DNA of 64,000 bases from NCBI GenBank assembly GCA_964016885.1, contig OZ024755.1, forward strand, positions 20,894,001 through 20,958,000, written 5' to 3'. The translations under genes were made by a program, and so were the position numbers. How positions within the stretch are numbered: position 1 is the first letter of the stretch; each line of letters begins with the position of its first letter. Below, one piece after another: positions 26,177 through 38,112 of this stretch. Source of the DNA: Eledone cirrhosa (Eukaryota). Under the pieces are notes generated by a model. It saw nothing but the letters and a program-made list of their open reading frames with translations. It did not search any database and had not been told where the DNA came from.

Positions 26177-26986
26177 GTAGAGTTATAAGTAGGTAACCTT
26201 CTAAAACCTTTTGTTGTGATTTTTGTTGTAAGATTTTTCATAAATGTTATTATATGACATAAATTAGGTTATTTATTTTTTAATATTTCACCTGCTGATA
26301 CTGAATAAATTTGTTCCTGTCATTTGATTTGTCTGGTTTCTTTATCTTATAACATCAGTGGTGCAACCATTATGAATTTCTCTGGTCTCTTTACTTTATC
26401 AAATCAGTGGTTTAACTATTATGAATTTCTTTATTCAAATAATTCATTTAATACAAATCTGATATTTGGTAACAATTCAACCTCTCATAGATAATATCAC
26501 CTGCCGTGTGACATTAAAACAGTATTTAAATATATTTTATGACCAGAGACCGAAACTAGTTAACTAGATTTTTATGACCAAGGTAGTGGAACAGTAACTG
26601 GTTATTAAGAGAGGAATTGCTGTATTGTTATAAAAAGGCCAAATGTTCAACACCGTTGTCTTCTCTGAACTACATAATGTAGCTGTCAACCTTGTTGCTT
26701 CAGTCACCTGGGCTCCATTGCCCGCAATGCAGGGAGAGGAAAATAGTTAAATACCAGGGCCTGACCAACTGTTTTCCATTGAAACCTCTGGTGTCCTTGT
26801 TCCCTGCACAGCTGATTTCCTCTGTAAAATCTGAAAAATGGTGGCCATTCTCCATAATAATGCCTCTGCCCTTTTGTCCACGGGACGCAGCTGAGGCACC
26901 ATTCTGACTGGGATGTAACATCTATCTGCCCCTTTCTTTCATTGCTTGATTCTTTATATATTGTATTTCCCCTATTTTTGGTTCCT

Positions 26987-27204
26987 TTAACCCCTTAGCA
27001 TTTAAACTGGCCAGAATTCTCTACCTCCTTCTGTTCAAACCAGCCATAACTGGCCCCTCATACTGACATTAAGATAGTGTTCTCAAAATAAATAATATCA
27101 AAATTTCATAGTTTCGAAATTATGTGAAATAATTATACGAGGTAAATCCTTTACCGTGAAAATATAATAGTAAATATAGAATAATGTAAATGCTAAAGGG
27201 TTAA
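26987..27204. mobile_element. piggyBac-like TTAA MITE
   Basis: TIRs and TTAA. Confidence 0.85.
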
Positions 27205-28096
27205 TAGTGTATTTTATTTTTGTCTAAACAGCTTTGTAAAATAAAATAATTATCCTTGTAACATATATAAACAATAAATGACTGCTCTTTTGTGCTTCTA
27301 TTAAACACATTTCTTGATTTGGAGCAACTACCAAGCAGGAATTAAATGCATCAGCACTTTTAATAGTTTTACATATTTGTTCATATGAAGTCTGATGGAA
27401 ATCTAATAAAACGTTAGTCAGACTCTTTCTCGAAAAACTACTACTTTTTCATTCGTGTTCTCAGTTCCCCTTGAGTGAACTTAGAAATCCCCATTTAAAC
27501 TGCCTTCATAATAGAATTATATAAAATATGTAACTTATATAAACAAGATATTGTGAGCAGTAAAATACATCAGGCTAAATTTATTTATAGAACACCCATA
27601 TGAAAATCAGTGGGAAATAAATATTTAAACTGCTTTTTTTTAGTTTTTGTTTGTTTTTTTGAGTGCTATCAATTAACACCCACAAAGAATTCCACCCACC
27701 CCTAGAAAATGGAGGGTAGAGGCCTAGCATCACAGGATTCATTGCTTAAAAACCTGCGAAATGAATCTGGTGAATGCAACGAGATATTTTCATGTTCTTA
27801 TTTCAAGCCCTTGTCAATAATACCCATTACATTTTTTTAATTACTTAGTAGGAAAGAAGAACAGTGTTTAGGGCTCTTTTTAGCGTCTCTGAGACTGGTG
27901 GAAAGAAGTAATCCTCAGTCAAAAATCTTGGTTTGAATGCTAAGCCCCAAAGATTAAGTGGTAATATTAAACTTCTAGTTTCTACCAAATTTCACAAAGT
28001 CTTGGTCAACCTGAGGCTATCATAGAAAACACATGCCCAAGATGGGAAGGAGTAGGATTGAACTCACAATCGCGTATTTAGGAAGCAAACTTCTTA

Positions 28097-28395
28097 AATA
28101 TACAGCCATGCCTACACCAATCCATGTTTAATATACAATCCTGCCTACATCAATACATGTTTAATATACAGTCCTGCCTACACCAATACATGTTTAATAT
28201 ACAGCCATGCCTACACCAATACATGTTTAATATAGTCCTGTCTACACCAATACATGTTTAATATACAGCCATGCCTACACCAATACATGTTTAATATACA
28301 GCCATGCCTACACCAATACATGTTTAATATAGTCCTGCCTACACCAATACATGTTTAATATACAGTCCTGCCTACACCAATACATGTTTAATGTA
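28097..28395. repeat. ~33-bp minisatellite, ~9 copies
   Basis: TACAGCCATGCCTACACCAATACATGTTTAATA. Confidence 0.9.
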
Positions 28396-28452
28396 GTTCT
28401 ATATAACGAAATGGTTTAAATGTATTTAAACTGGCATATGTCTACCAGCAAA

Positions 28453-28607
28453 CAGTGCCAGATTTAGGACAAACGAAGCCCTATGCCAGTTAAGTTATGA
28501 GGTACCAAACATTTGAAAAATCCATCGTAAAAATTGCGGGAGGGGGGGGGGGGGGGGGCAGGAAGATAGGCACCCCTGGCCACAGGGCCCTGGTAAATCC
28601 AGCACTG
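28453..28607. mobile_element. hAT-like MITE
   Basis: TIRs CAGTGCCAGATTTA / TAAATCCAGCACTG; perfect 8-bp TSD CCAGCAAA. Confidence 0.85.
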
Positions 28608-29194
28608 CCAGCAAAACTATATTAATCAAAATATTGTTGAACATTGAGACATTCTATTCCTCCTGACTATTTCAACTTCTCCGTGTTTGTAAGTATTTTA
28701 ACAATACTCGCAAATCCGTTAAACTATCGTCAACAAAGAGATGCCCCGACCTAATTGGGCACCGCAAAAGCACGAATTTCTCCATTATAATATTTGACTG
28801 ATGCCTTTTCTCTCCTTGCTCTCTCTCTCTCTCGCCACAAAATTAGGAACTTCTTCCAAGACACCGGTCGACAAATATATGACGAGGTATTCTCCATTTC
28901 CAATCACTGATTTAGGCGAATAGCATTAGATCTCTCATGAAGAAAATTAAAAGTCTCGCCCAATTCACCATATTTAATTCGTATTTTCCGTAGAAAAGAT
29001 AAAGGAAAGAAGAGTGCTATTTAATTACATAATAAACAACACAATATAAGTATTCCATTACCAAAGGTTTCAGGAAACTAGACGATCAGAAAAGTTCATA
29101 AATATTTCATCTGATGAGCGTACCGGACGTTTCTGTTAAGAACGTCTAGTTTCCTGAAACCTTTGGTTGGTAATGGAATAATTATAGTGTTGTT

Positions 29195-29264
<70 letters not shown>

Positions 29265-29539
29265 TCCGAGTTAAATCGGGTGGTAACAACAGTTAAAAAA
29301 GATACTCAATACATTAGTAAAGAGTCATCATTATTTTTGCCTTTCAACCTTACGGGGTCGATAAAATAAAGTACCAGTAATACTCTGGGTAATTGCTGGC
29401 CTTGTGCCAAAAGTAGAAACGATTATTATTTAATATAAAAATAGTTTCTACAGGACTAGAACTGTTTCATTCATATAAGCAATGAATCCGGTGAATCGGA
29501 CGAGATATTTTCATTTTCTTCAAACGAAATTTGTCATAT

Positions 29540-29644
29540 ATACAGGGTGTCCCCTCGAAATGTATACACACTTCGACAGCATTCTTATAAATATTGCCTG
29601 TACAGGTAATCAAAGGGCATATACATTTTTGGGGACACCCTGTA
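29540..29644. mobile_element. ~100-bp Tc1/mariner-like MITE
   Basis: TA-CAGGGTGTCCCC..AAATGTATA / TATACATTT..GGGGACACCCTG-TA. Confidence 0.75.
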
Positions 29645-30548
29645 TGTATATATATATCAGAATAGATGCAGTAAAAACCTGTTAGACCATTATTCACTAG
29701 AGTACTCGGATCTTGGGGTAGTAGAGCGAGTAACATGAAGGATTCGGGACCCCGACGGCTGAGCTCGTGTCATTTCTACAGCTAGATCCGAACTCAGCAG
29801 TCGGAGTCCCGAATCCTTCATATATATATGTCTGTGTGTGTGTAAAAGGTAAACAGAAATAACACAATCGGTACAGTATATGGAAGGGATATATTAGATG
29901 AACGCTTGAAATAGCAGGAAGAGGGTCTTAACGTTATCGAACACAAAACCCAGGAGACTTCCACCTCAAATATATAAATATATATACAAAACATCCACCA
30001 CCTTCATATAGAAGGACATTAGTTCCTTGGCTCCTACATGATTTATACGACAATATTGTCACACTATAGATCAAACAGTCAATTTGACAACCAATATATA
30101 TATTTTTTTTTTTGACAAGACTTAGACGGTGTCTAGGTGAAAAATATGGCAACACAAAACCTACGCTATATTACCAGTCCGAACATAATCATCATCCATA
30201 ACTTTATCTGTATATACGGCAGAAATAAAAATCCATACATTAATATATATTCATTATATATATATATTAATTACATATATATATATATATATATATATTA
30301 ATTACATATATATACATATTAAATATAAATAAAAATATTAAACGTCTATAAAATATCGTGCTTATAAAATCTTTAGGTGATATGATGGAAATTCAAGAGG
30401 GTAAAAGAAAAGTATGATGCAATAATTATTATATATATGTTGACTGCACTAACATAGTACCAAGTCACTCAAAAGAAAGAAAGAAAAATTCGTGCGTGCA
30501 TAAGTATTACAAACAAATTATTATAAAACATAACATTAAAACACTTAC

Positions 30549-30680
30549 CCGACAATTTGTGAGACTAAAACTGTCGTGATTAAACAAGAGTGAATAAAAA
30601 TGATGAATCAAAATAAAATATCTAAATGTGTTACACTTAGATATCAAGTTTTGAAAGAGAGAGATGTGTAGACAACAATC
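30549..30680 (-). other. Candidate non-coding first (5'UTR) exon of AlaRS
   Basis: The ATG exon starts at an acceptor, so an upstream exon must exist. There is a strong donor CGG|GTAAGT at 30549/30548 in non-repeat DNA and a pyrimidine run CTCTCTCTTTC near 30655. The upstream limit is uncertain. Confidence 0.4.
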
Positions 30681-30937
30681 GGACAACTGTCCATGTAATG
30701 GTAGGAAATCAATTAAGTGAACACATGTTACTTCCCCATGTAGGGGTAGGTAACATCAGCAGTTTATTGCGAAGTTTAACTTTAACTGATTTATCTTTTT
30801 TTTTAATAACACCACTAACTCCTAATGTTGCATCAGATTTTATAATATTTCTCAATTCCCATGAATTCTTTTCTTTTTTTCTTCTTATTTTTCGGTTTTA
30901 TTACATGGATTGCATCATTATGTTTAATGTCAAATTA

Positions 30938-31263
30938 ATTGTTTCTACTTTAGGTACAAGGCCAGCAATTACCCAGTGCATTACTGGTACTTTATTTTAT
31001 CGACCCCGTAAGGATGAAAGGCAAAGTCAACCTCGGCGGGATTTGAACTCAGATCGTAAAGGAACGTAACTATGCTGGAAAGCATAGCGTCCGACCCTCT
31101 ACCGATACTGCCAATCCACCGCCCTTATGTTTAATGTCAAATTAATGTTACGATCTAAGTTCAAATTTGGCCGAGGTTAGCATTGCCCTTCATCCTTACG
31201 GGGTTGATAAAATAAAGTACCAGTAATGCACTGGGGTAATTGCAGGCTAAAAATAGAAACAAT
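30938..31263. mobile_element. Head-to-head Nin-type SINE pair (30938-31124 -, 31148-31263 +)
   Basis: Three copies of TTATGTTTRATGTCAAATTAAT flank and separate the two copies. Confidence 0.85.
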
Positions 31264-31529
31264 TATGTTTGATGTCAAATTAATATTAACAAACGCATTA
31301 GATATCAATCAAGGTACATGGCTGCAAAAAAAAAAAAAATCGAAAACCATTCGCTACTTTTCGTCCTAAACCATTTTCGTTGTCGCCCCTCGCCTCCCTC
31401 CTCTTAATCCGGCAAACATTATTGAGCAGGCCTATGTTCAAATGTATTTCAACTGTGATCATCTAGGCTTTTTGATGTCAAATCTCCCTAGAGCGTATGG
31501 GATGCTATCCAGTGCAACATGGCCTCGGA

Positions 31530-32200
31530 CAGACTAGCGCGCCAGCTCGACCATGTACTGCCTCGCATGTTTTTGCTCGGCCTCACAACCCCACTGCAGT
31601 GCCTGGCTCAATGCCTTAACCACCTTTTCAACTAGCATGTAGCTGGATAATGTTAGTCTGCGCGTCACACAAATGTCGGTACGGATCCACCATAGACTCT
31701 TTCGGCCTCCACCCGCTTTCCTGTTGCTACAGTGTCGGACGCCTTCCACGCCATGCTGTCCTCAACGAGGTCATAAAGCATGGCTTCGATGCTGCAGGCT
31801 TCGATGCTGCAGGCTTCCCCTCCCAGCTAGAGCCAGTGGGGATGGACCAAGGGGATGGCAAAAGACTAGACGGCATGACCGTCTTCCTGGTCTGCAGTGG
31901 TGAACCTCTTGTTTGGGATGCCACATGCAGTGACACATTCTCCAGTGGCTACCTGGTGCAGTCTGTGACTAACCCAGGCTCTGCTGCACTTCAGGCTGAG
32001 GAGAGTAAACTCTCCAAATATTGGTCACTCTCTGACAAGTTTGCAGTCGAGCTCTTAACATGGAGACTTCTGGTGTCCTTGGCCCTAGGGCTACCTCCCT
32101 ACTCCCCACCATCAGCGCAGGTGTGAGCTTCGTGAACTGGAATGGTTCTTGCAGCACATTTTCCTCACCATCCGCCAGGTAAACGCCTGCTCTATTCTGT
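31530..32200 (+). mobile_element. CRE-like non-LTR retrotransposon remnant (Zn knuckle plus restriction-like endonuclease)
   Basis: AWLNAL.., C-x-(C)..HPLSC..GRLPRHAVLN..EPVG..DGKRLDGMT..LVWDATCSDT..ESKLSKY; stops and frameshifts. Confidence 0.8.
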
Positions 32201-33724
32201 CTGCTGGGGCACCGTGGCAGCCGTGTGGGACCCCATTTGCTCATAATTGTGAGAGATGGGGAAGGCGGGAGAGACAGAGATGATGGCAATGGGAGTTTGG
32301 TTCCTCTGTGTTCAGACCTGGTGTACATGTGTGTTTAATTTTACACTTATTTTCAGGAGTGATGCAAGTATATTGAATTAGTAGATTGTAATTAGATATA
32401 TAAATGTTTCTCAACCTCCTTCAAAGTCAGCATTGGGTGCATTTTTTAATAAGATGGAGGGTGATTAGGCTCCTATTTCTAGCCTGGTAAACGACTACAC
32501 AATGGATCCCTCATTGACTTGATAATTCATTTGTTTTTATTACATAGTGTTATAATGTAACAAATTAAAACAGTTTTTATATGGTTATAATTATGTAGAC
32601 TAAACCACCTTTGTTTCTCTGATACAAAACTGTTTTTAAATGTTTATATTTGTCTAAACACCCTCCATATTCTAAAATACTGGAAGAGTACTTTGAAATG
32701 GTGCCTGCATGTCACATCTAGCCTGAGCCTATTGTCAAGCTACTTTCATTGGGCCTATTATCAACTGAAATGTTGCCTACATTTCACATCTAACCTGGGC
32801 CTCCTGTCATCTCTTCACAAACCTGGCTGTATGCATCAGTTGCATTGCCTCAGCGATGTGAGCATTTCTCTAATGTAGGTCGCACTTATGCTTTATAAAC
32901 AGTCATTAATTGTTCAACCATAAACAAGAAAAATAACCTTTAATTTGCCTTAGTGTAGTTTAAGCTGACATATTTAATGCAGCATTAACACTTAACAGCC
33001 TGTAATAATTTAGCAGAAAACATCTAAAAACAGATTTATTAATTTAAATATTTATACTATCTTTATTAGTGGATAAGTTTGTTGTGAAAATTTGCAATAA
33101 ACTAAAGTAAAAACTTCCTGAAATAGACATGAAATAATCAGTAAGTAAATATTAAATATTGTTGGTGGAGGAAAATAAAACTGTGTTGGGGGAATAAATA
33201 ACACTGGTGAACACACTTTTTGCTAACTTAGGTTTTGTTGTTTTTAGCTAATATTGAGGCTATGATTACAAATGTGGCATCCATTTTCCCCTATTACATC
33301 AGGTTTTCATTTTATAGCACATCCCTATTTTATTATATACTGTATGAATAATGTAATTTACTTAGGATGGATTACTAAGGCTTATAGCTTGAAACCATAA
33401 GTTATAATGTCAATAGAATCTAATATGATATATGAGATATCTAATATGATAGTTCTGGTAAAGTTATTGAAATGTAGTCCGAGCATGTATGAACGTTCAT
33501 ACATACACGCACACACAGGGCCTAAATATAGTCCGAGCATGTATGAACATTCATACATACACGCACACACAATTGCCGAAAGTCAGCACCACCAATATAA
33601 ATTAAAAAAATTTTATTAGGAGCAGTAATATAAAAATTCAAGGGTAAGATATTGTCTAGACAAATGTATCCACATTATGTGTGTTTGTTATGAATTATAC
33701 AGGCTCAACGCTATATATATATAA

Positions 33725-34380
33725 GGAAAGAACACAACATACAAAGGTGAAACCACCCATAGCATAGGAGAAAGGAGAAATGAACACTGGCGAGAACTCC
33801 AAGATGGGAAAAACTCATCAGTACTCCACCAACATGCCAAAATAGAACATAGAGGCACACTAGAGAGCATAGAAATAAAAATTATATGTAGAAAAGATGC
33901 AATGCTCAGACAAATCACAGAGGCGACAAACATAAACAAACTCCAACCAAAATTAAACAGAAAACATGAGGGGAATAGTAACATCACAACTAGTAATTAA
34001 GGACAAAATGAAGACATACAGACACACACAAAAACCAAACAAATAAAAAAACCAGGCACACACAGATAGAACAAACAACCAACTAGTGACAAGTAAATAA
34101 ATGAAAACCCACCCAGATGTGACGCATGCGCAAATCAAGCACACAACACTTAAAATCAAGGGGGTGTAGGACAGAACAAAGGAGGGACACAAAATAAAAA
34201 CTCAGTCATTGAGCATGTCACAGAATGTGTGATGCAAGAGCTTTGACAATATATAAATAACCATCCAGTTATCAAACCAACCAACCGGAAATTTATAATA
34301 AATTGAAGTGAAAAACAAGTGCAAGTGTTTTTATTGGCAGCATGACCCTACCAAAGTATAACTATATGTTGAGAGATAGA
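33725..34380 (+). mobile_element. Penelope-like element remnant: GIY-YIG endonuclease C-half plus 3' region
   Basis: ATG-less open frame 33725-34000: TYKGETTHSIGERRNEH..SSVLHQHAKIEH..RQITEATNINKLQPKLNRKHE; inserted after (TA)n. Confidence 0.8.
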
Positions 34381-34742
34381 GTCCTATCGGTTGCCAGTTA
34401 ATCGCTTTACTGTATCGGTTGTCACAAACAGTTATGACCGGCACGGGCCGGTGTTTGGATTATGTCGATCGATTGGTTATTGATTAGGCGATACCCGCTG
34501 ATGAAGCCGCATAAGCCAATTGTGCATTGTTGCATAATATATGCAGACAGATGGTGCAGTGCACCTTACTGCTGCAGAAACTCGAGTCCGCGAACCTTAT
34601 AGGCACCCGTTTTACGTGTGTTGTGTTGAGGCAAATAACTATGTGTATACTCTGGTAATGTATCTTACATTGCCCATTGAGTGCGCTGAGATACAACCGC
34701 TACTGGCATTGATAAATATGCTGGGTCCGTCAACCCTTATTA

Positions 34743-34774
<32 letters not shown>

Positions 34775-35536
34775 GGCTTCTACAAGACTAGAACTGTTTC
34801 CTTCAAATGAAACAGTTCTAGTCCTGTAGAAGCCATTTCTATATTAAATATTTATACTCTGCAATGTATTGAGTACCTTACTTACTGTGGTTACGCCCGA
34901 TTGAAACCAATATAAACTTATATATATATATATATATACACATATATTTTGTTTATATTCATTCACAGAATGGGAAAGCACCAACTTTGGTATCAATGTC
35001 TAGTAATGACACTGTACACAGTACGGGGAGGTGGCCATATATATATAATATATCAATACTTACACTACTTTCATTACCACACACGGATATTTTGTGCAAC
35101 ATATACATATAAATACATACATAAGTAAATATAAAAATATATGCGTGTACGCGATTATGCATAATATAAACGAATGTATGTATATGTACATGAATCGAAC
35201 ATACTTCACTAGATTTATAAAATACGAGTAATTAAACGACGAACCCAGGATGATTTGGAGAGAAAAACTGGGCATTGGAAGATAAATGCGTGTGTGCAAA
35301 TATTAGGTTCAAACAGGGTCAAGGGGAGATAAGCAGTGTCAGAGGTTGGCAATGGTGTTATACATATAACATCTCTATATATATATATATATATATACTC
35401 TTTATCGACAAAAGGTCGTGTGTTGGCTGCATCGGTGCCCGTGGAGGTGCGTGACATGCACCACATGCTTCAAACTAGATGAATGAACTACCGCTCGGAA
35501 ACGGCCCCATCCCTTCTACATCGAGTGAGCGAAAAA

Positions 35537-35569
<33 letters not shown>

Positions 35570-37108
35570 GTGAAAAATGGAACAGGAACAAAACAGAGAG
35601 GCAGTACGAACAATATATATATATATAGAGAGAGAGAGAGGGAGAGATGTCTTATGAGAATGCGTAGAAATCGAACATATATCACTGGATGTGTAACGCA
35701 GATATTTGGTTCAAATGTAGTCAAGGGGAGATAAGCAGTATTGTTTTTCAAGTCGACATCTGTTGAGTTATACTGAATCAGTTTAAAACTTCTAAAAATA
35801 TATATTAGCAATAATTGAATGAATTAGAAAAGCTGTAATATTAACGGTCGAAGGTGAGAGACTGTATAGTTTTATCCATTCACCCTTAGGTTTGAGGTAG
35901 AAACCCCATAAAACACACCACTATATCATTATTATTATTTTTCACCCTGATAGAAACTACATTGAGAAAAATAAAGACTCACACTCGATGGTACTGGGAG
36001 TAATTCATCACCAGAGATTGGCATTATAATCACATAGACGTACGCAGTCCCTTACTACTGTGTTTGTGTGTGTATATATATAGGCATACACGTATCAGTT
36101 GATGCTTCAAGTTAAGATACTTCGTTACTCTACGACCGAGCCTCGCCATCACCGACGGCAATGTTTCGAGTAGGTTAGCTTACTTAAAAATCACTTGCGG
36201 GAAGTCCCAACGTTCCTATATAAATCTTTTTTTTTTCTATTTGCTTTGGACATAATTTAATCCTTATTCAACAATGCTGAAAAGAAGAGCCAGTCTATTA
36301 AAAGCAGTTACAGCCATGTTTAGTAATGTACATTTCACTTGAGAGATCCTTAACGAAAGTGAGGCTTAGTATTTGGAGGGAACTCCAACGTTCTTTTAAT
36401 TTCATGTTGTTAATGTTTAAAGGTAGAGAAATGCAGTGATGTTTTAGTACTATAGACATATATTAAATGAAGCATATAAACAATAAGCCTGTTAAAATTC
36501 AAACACAGCGCGAACCTAATATAACTTAGTATTTTTGCATCCCAGTGTTTGTTTTGTTTCATTTATTAACAATTTTTCCGTGCTTACGTGGCCCACCTGC
36601 CATTCGAACCTGGATAATTACCCTGAACACGGATTACCATGGATTAATCAGCCTCCGGATTGGCAGGTTTTGAACTACTATATGTATGTCTAAGTCTAAA
36701 GTCTGTCTTAAGCAAAAAGGCTTATCCCGGTTTCATGGCGTGAAGCGACTGAGAGTACAAGCATATACAAGATGCTGGGAAGCTGAATATGCTGTTATGA
36801 TGGAATATATCCAAGGTAAGTTCCATGAGTTAACTTTTATATGTATAATCGATTGTGGCCGTCATAAATCTTGTGAATTTGGAGAGTGTGTATATTTGTC
36901 ACTGTGGGTAACATCAAGTAATTTTATACAGGTAAAAATAATTATCATTCTGTGGTAGTTTTATAAAACATCTCGGATGTTTTTTCTCTCAAATCATCCG
37001 AGATTCGTCGGTCAATTACCTGTTAAACATCCAGCAGTATGCGTTCTATTTCTACACACACACACAAGACACATCTGTTCGATGCATACACATACACACA
37101 CACATATA

Positions 37109-37172
<64 letters not shown>

Positions 37173-37449
37173 GAAAGGTATAGAAAGTATTGTAGCAAGA
37201 AGCCAATATATATATATATATATATATATAGTTGTAAGGTTGCAATAAATGCGTCCGTAGTCGGTATCCCGTTTGAGCACTCGATGCTCACGCGGAGCAG
37301 AGTATATATAAATATATCTGTACTTTTAACCGTTGGTCAATCAATGAGAAACATTGATTACCAGATAAATTTAACTATGGAGATATAAAAGATACAGAAG
37401 CGAAAACCAATCCAAACCAAACAGTTTTATCATTATTTCTGGCATTATA

Positions 37450-38112
37450 ACAAAAATTGTCAAGAAGGCCGAGGGTGTCTTAGCATCACTCAGCAAGACC
37501 TTTGTCAGCCGCTCTCCAGATATCTATTTAAGGCTGTATACAGCTATGGTGCGACCACACTTAGAATTTGCATCACCAGTCTGGAACCCCTATCTTGCTC
37601 AGGACATTGACCGTCTGGAAACTGTTCAGAGACGTGAAACCAAGCGAATACCCTCCATCAGGCATCTACCATACTCTGAGCGCCTTGCTTCCCTGGGCAT
37701 GGATTCATTGAAGCTCCGACGCCTGGCAACTGACTTGGTAAACACCCACAAAATTGTTAACCATGTTGCCAACAACAACAACCCTGAGTACCTTTTTGAT
37801 TTCCATGTGTCTAACACACGTGGACATGCCCACAAAGTAAGAAAACAGCACAGTTCCCATGACTTTCGGAAACATTTTTTCACGCTCAGAGTTGCTGAAG
37901 CATGGAACAAACTACCTGCATCAGTTGTTAGCTGTCGAGACACTCCATCCTTTCAAGCCTCCATGCTTCCCGAGATCCGCCAATACTACAGCTAACACAT
38001 ACACACATGTACTTCCCTGACATTTGTGTATTATTCTATGTACTATATTGACGAGTTGTGGTGCACCTGAGCACTTTACACAATAATTTCATTATTATTA
38101 TTATTATTATTA
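37450..38112 (+). mobile_element. 5'-truncated CR1-clade LINE with 3'UTR and (ATT)n tail
   Basis: LYTAMVRPHLEFASPVWNPY..TRGH..FFTLRVAEAWNKLP; tail GAGTTGTGGTGCACCTGAGCACT..(ATT)n. Tail-only copies at about 19838, 19968 and 38248. Confidence 0.9.

Noticed and set aside
26640-26930. GC-richer block with short ORFs upstream of the AlaRS ATG exon (possible alternative or mitochondrial-targeting exon)
   Set aside because: It has no recognisable motif or convincing splice pair and does not look like a presequence; left unassigned.
29100-29165. CTGATGAG...GAAAC as an intact hammerhead
   Set aside because: Stem II and the GUH cleavage site cannot be formed convincingly; it is kept only as part of the fold-back.
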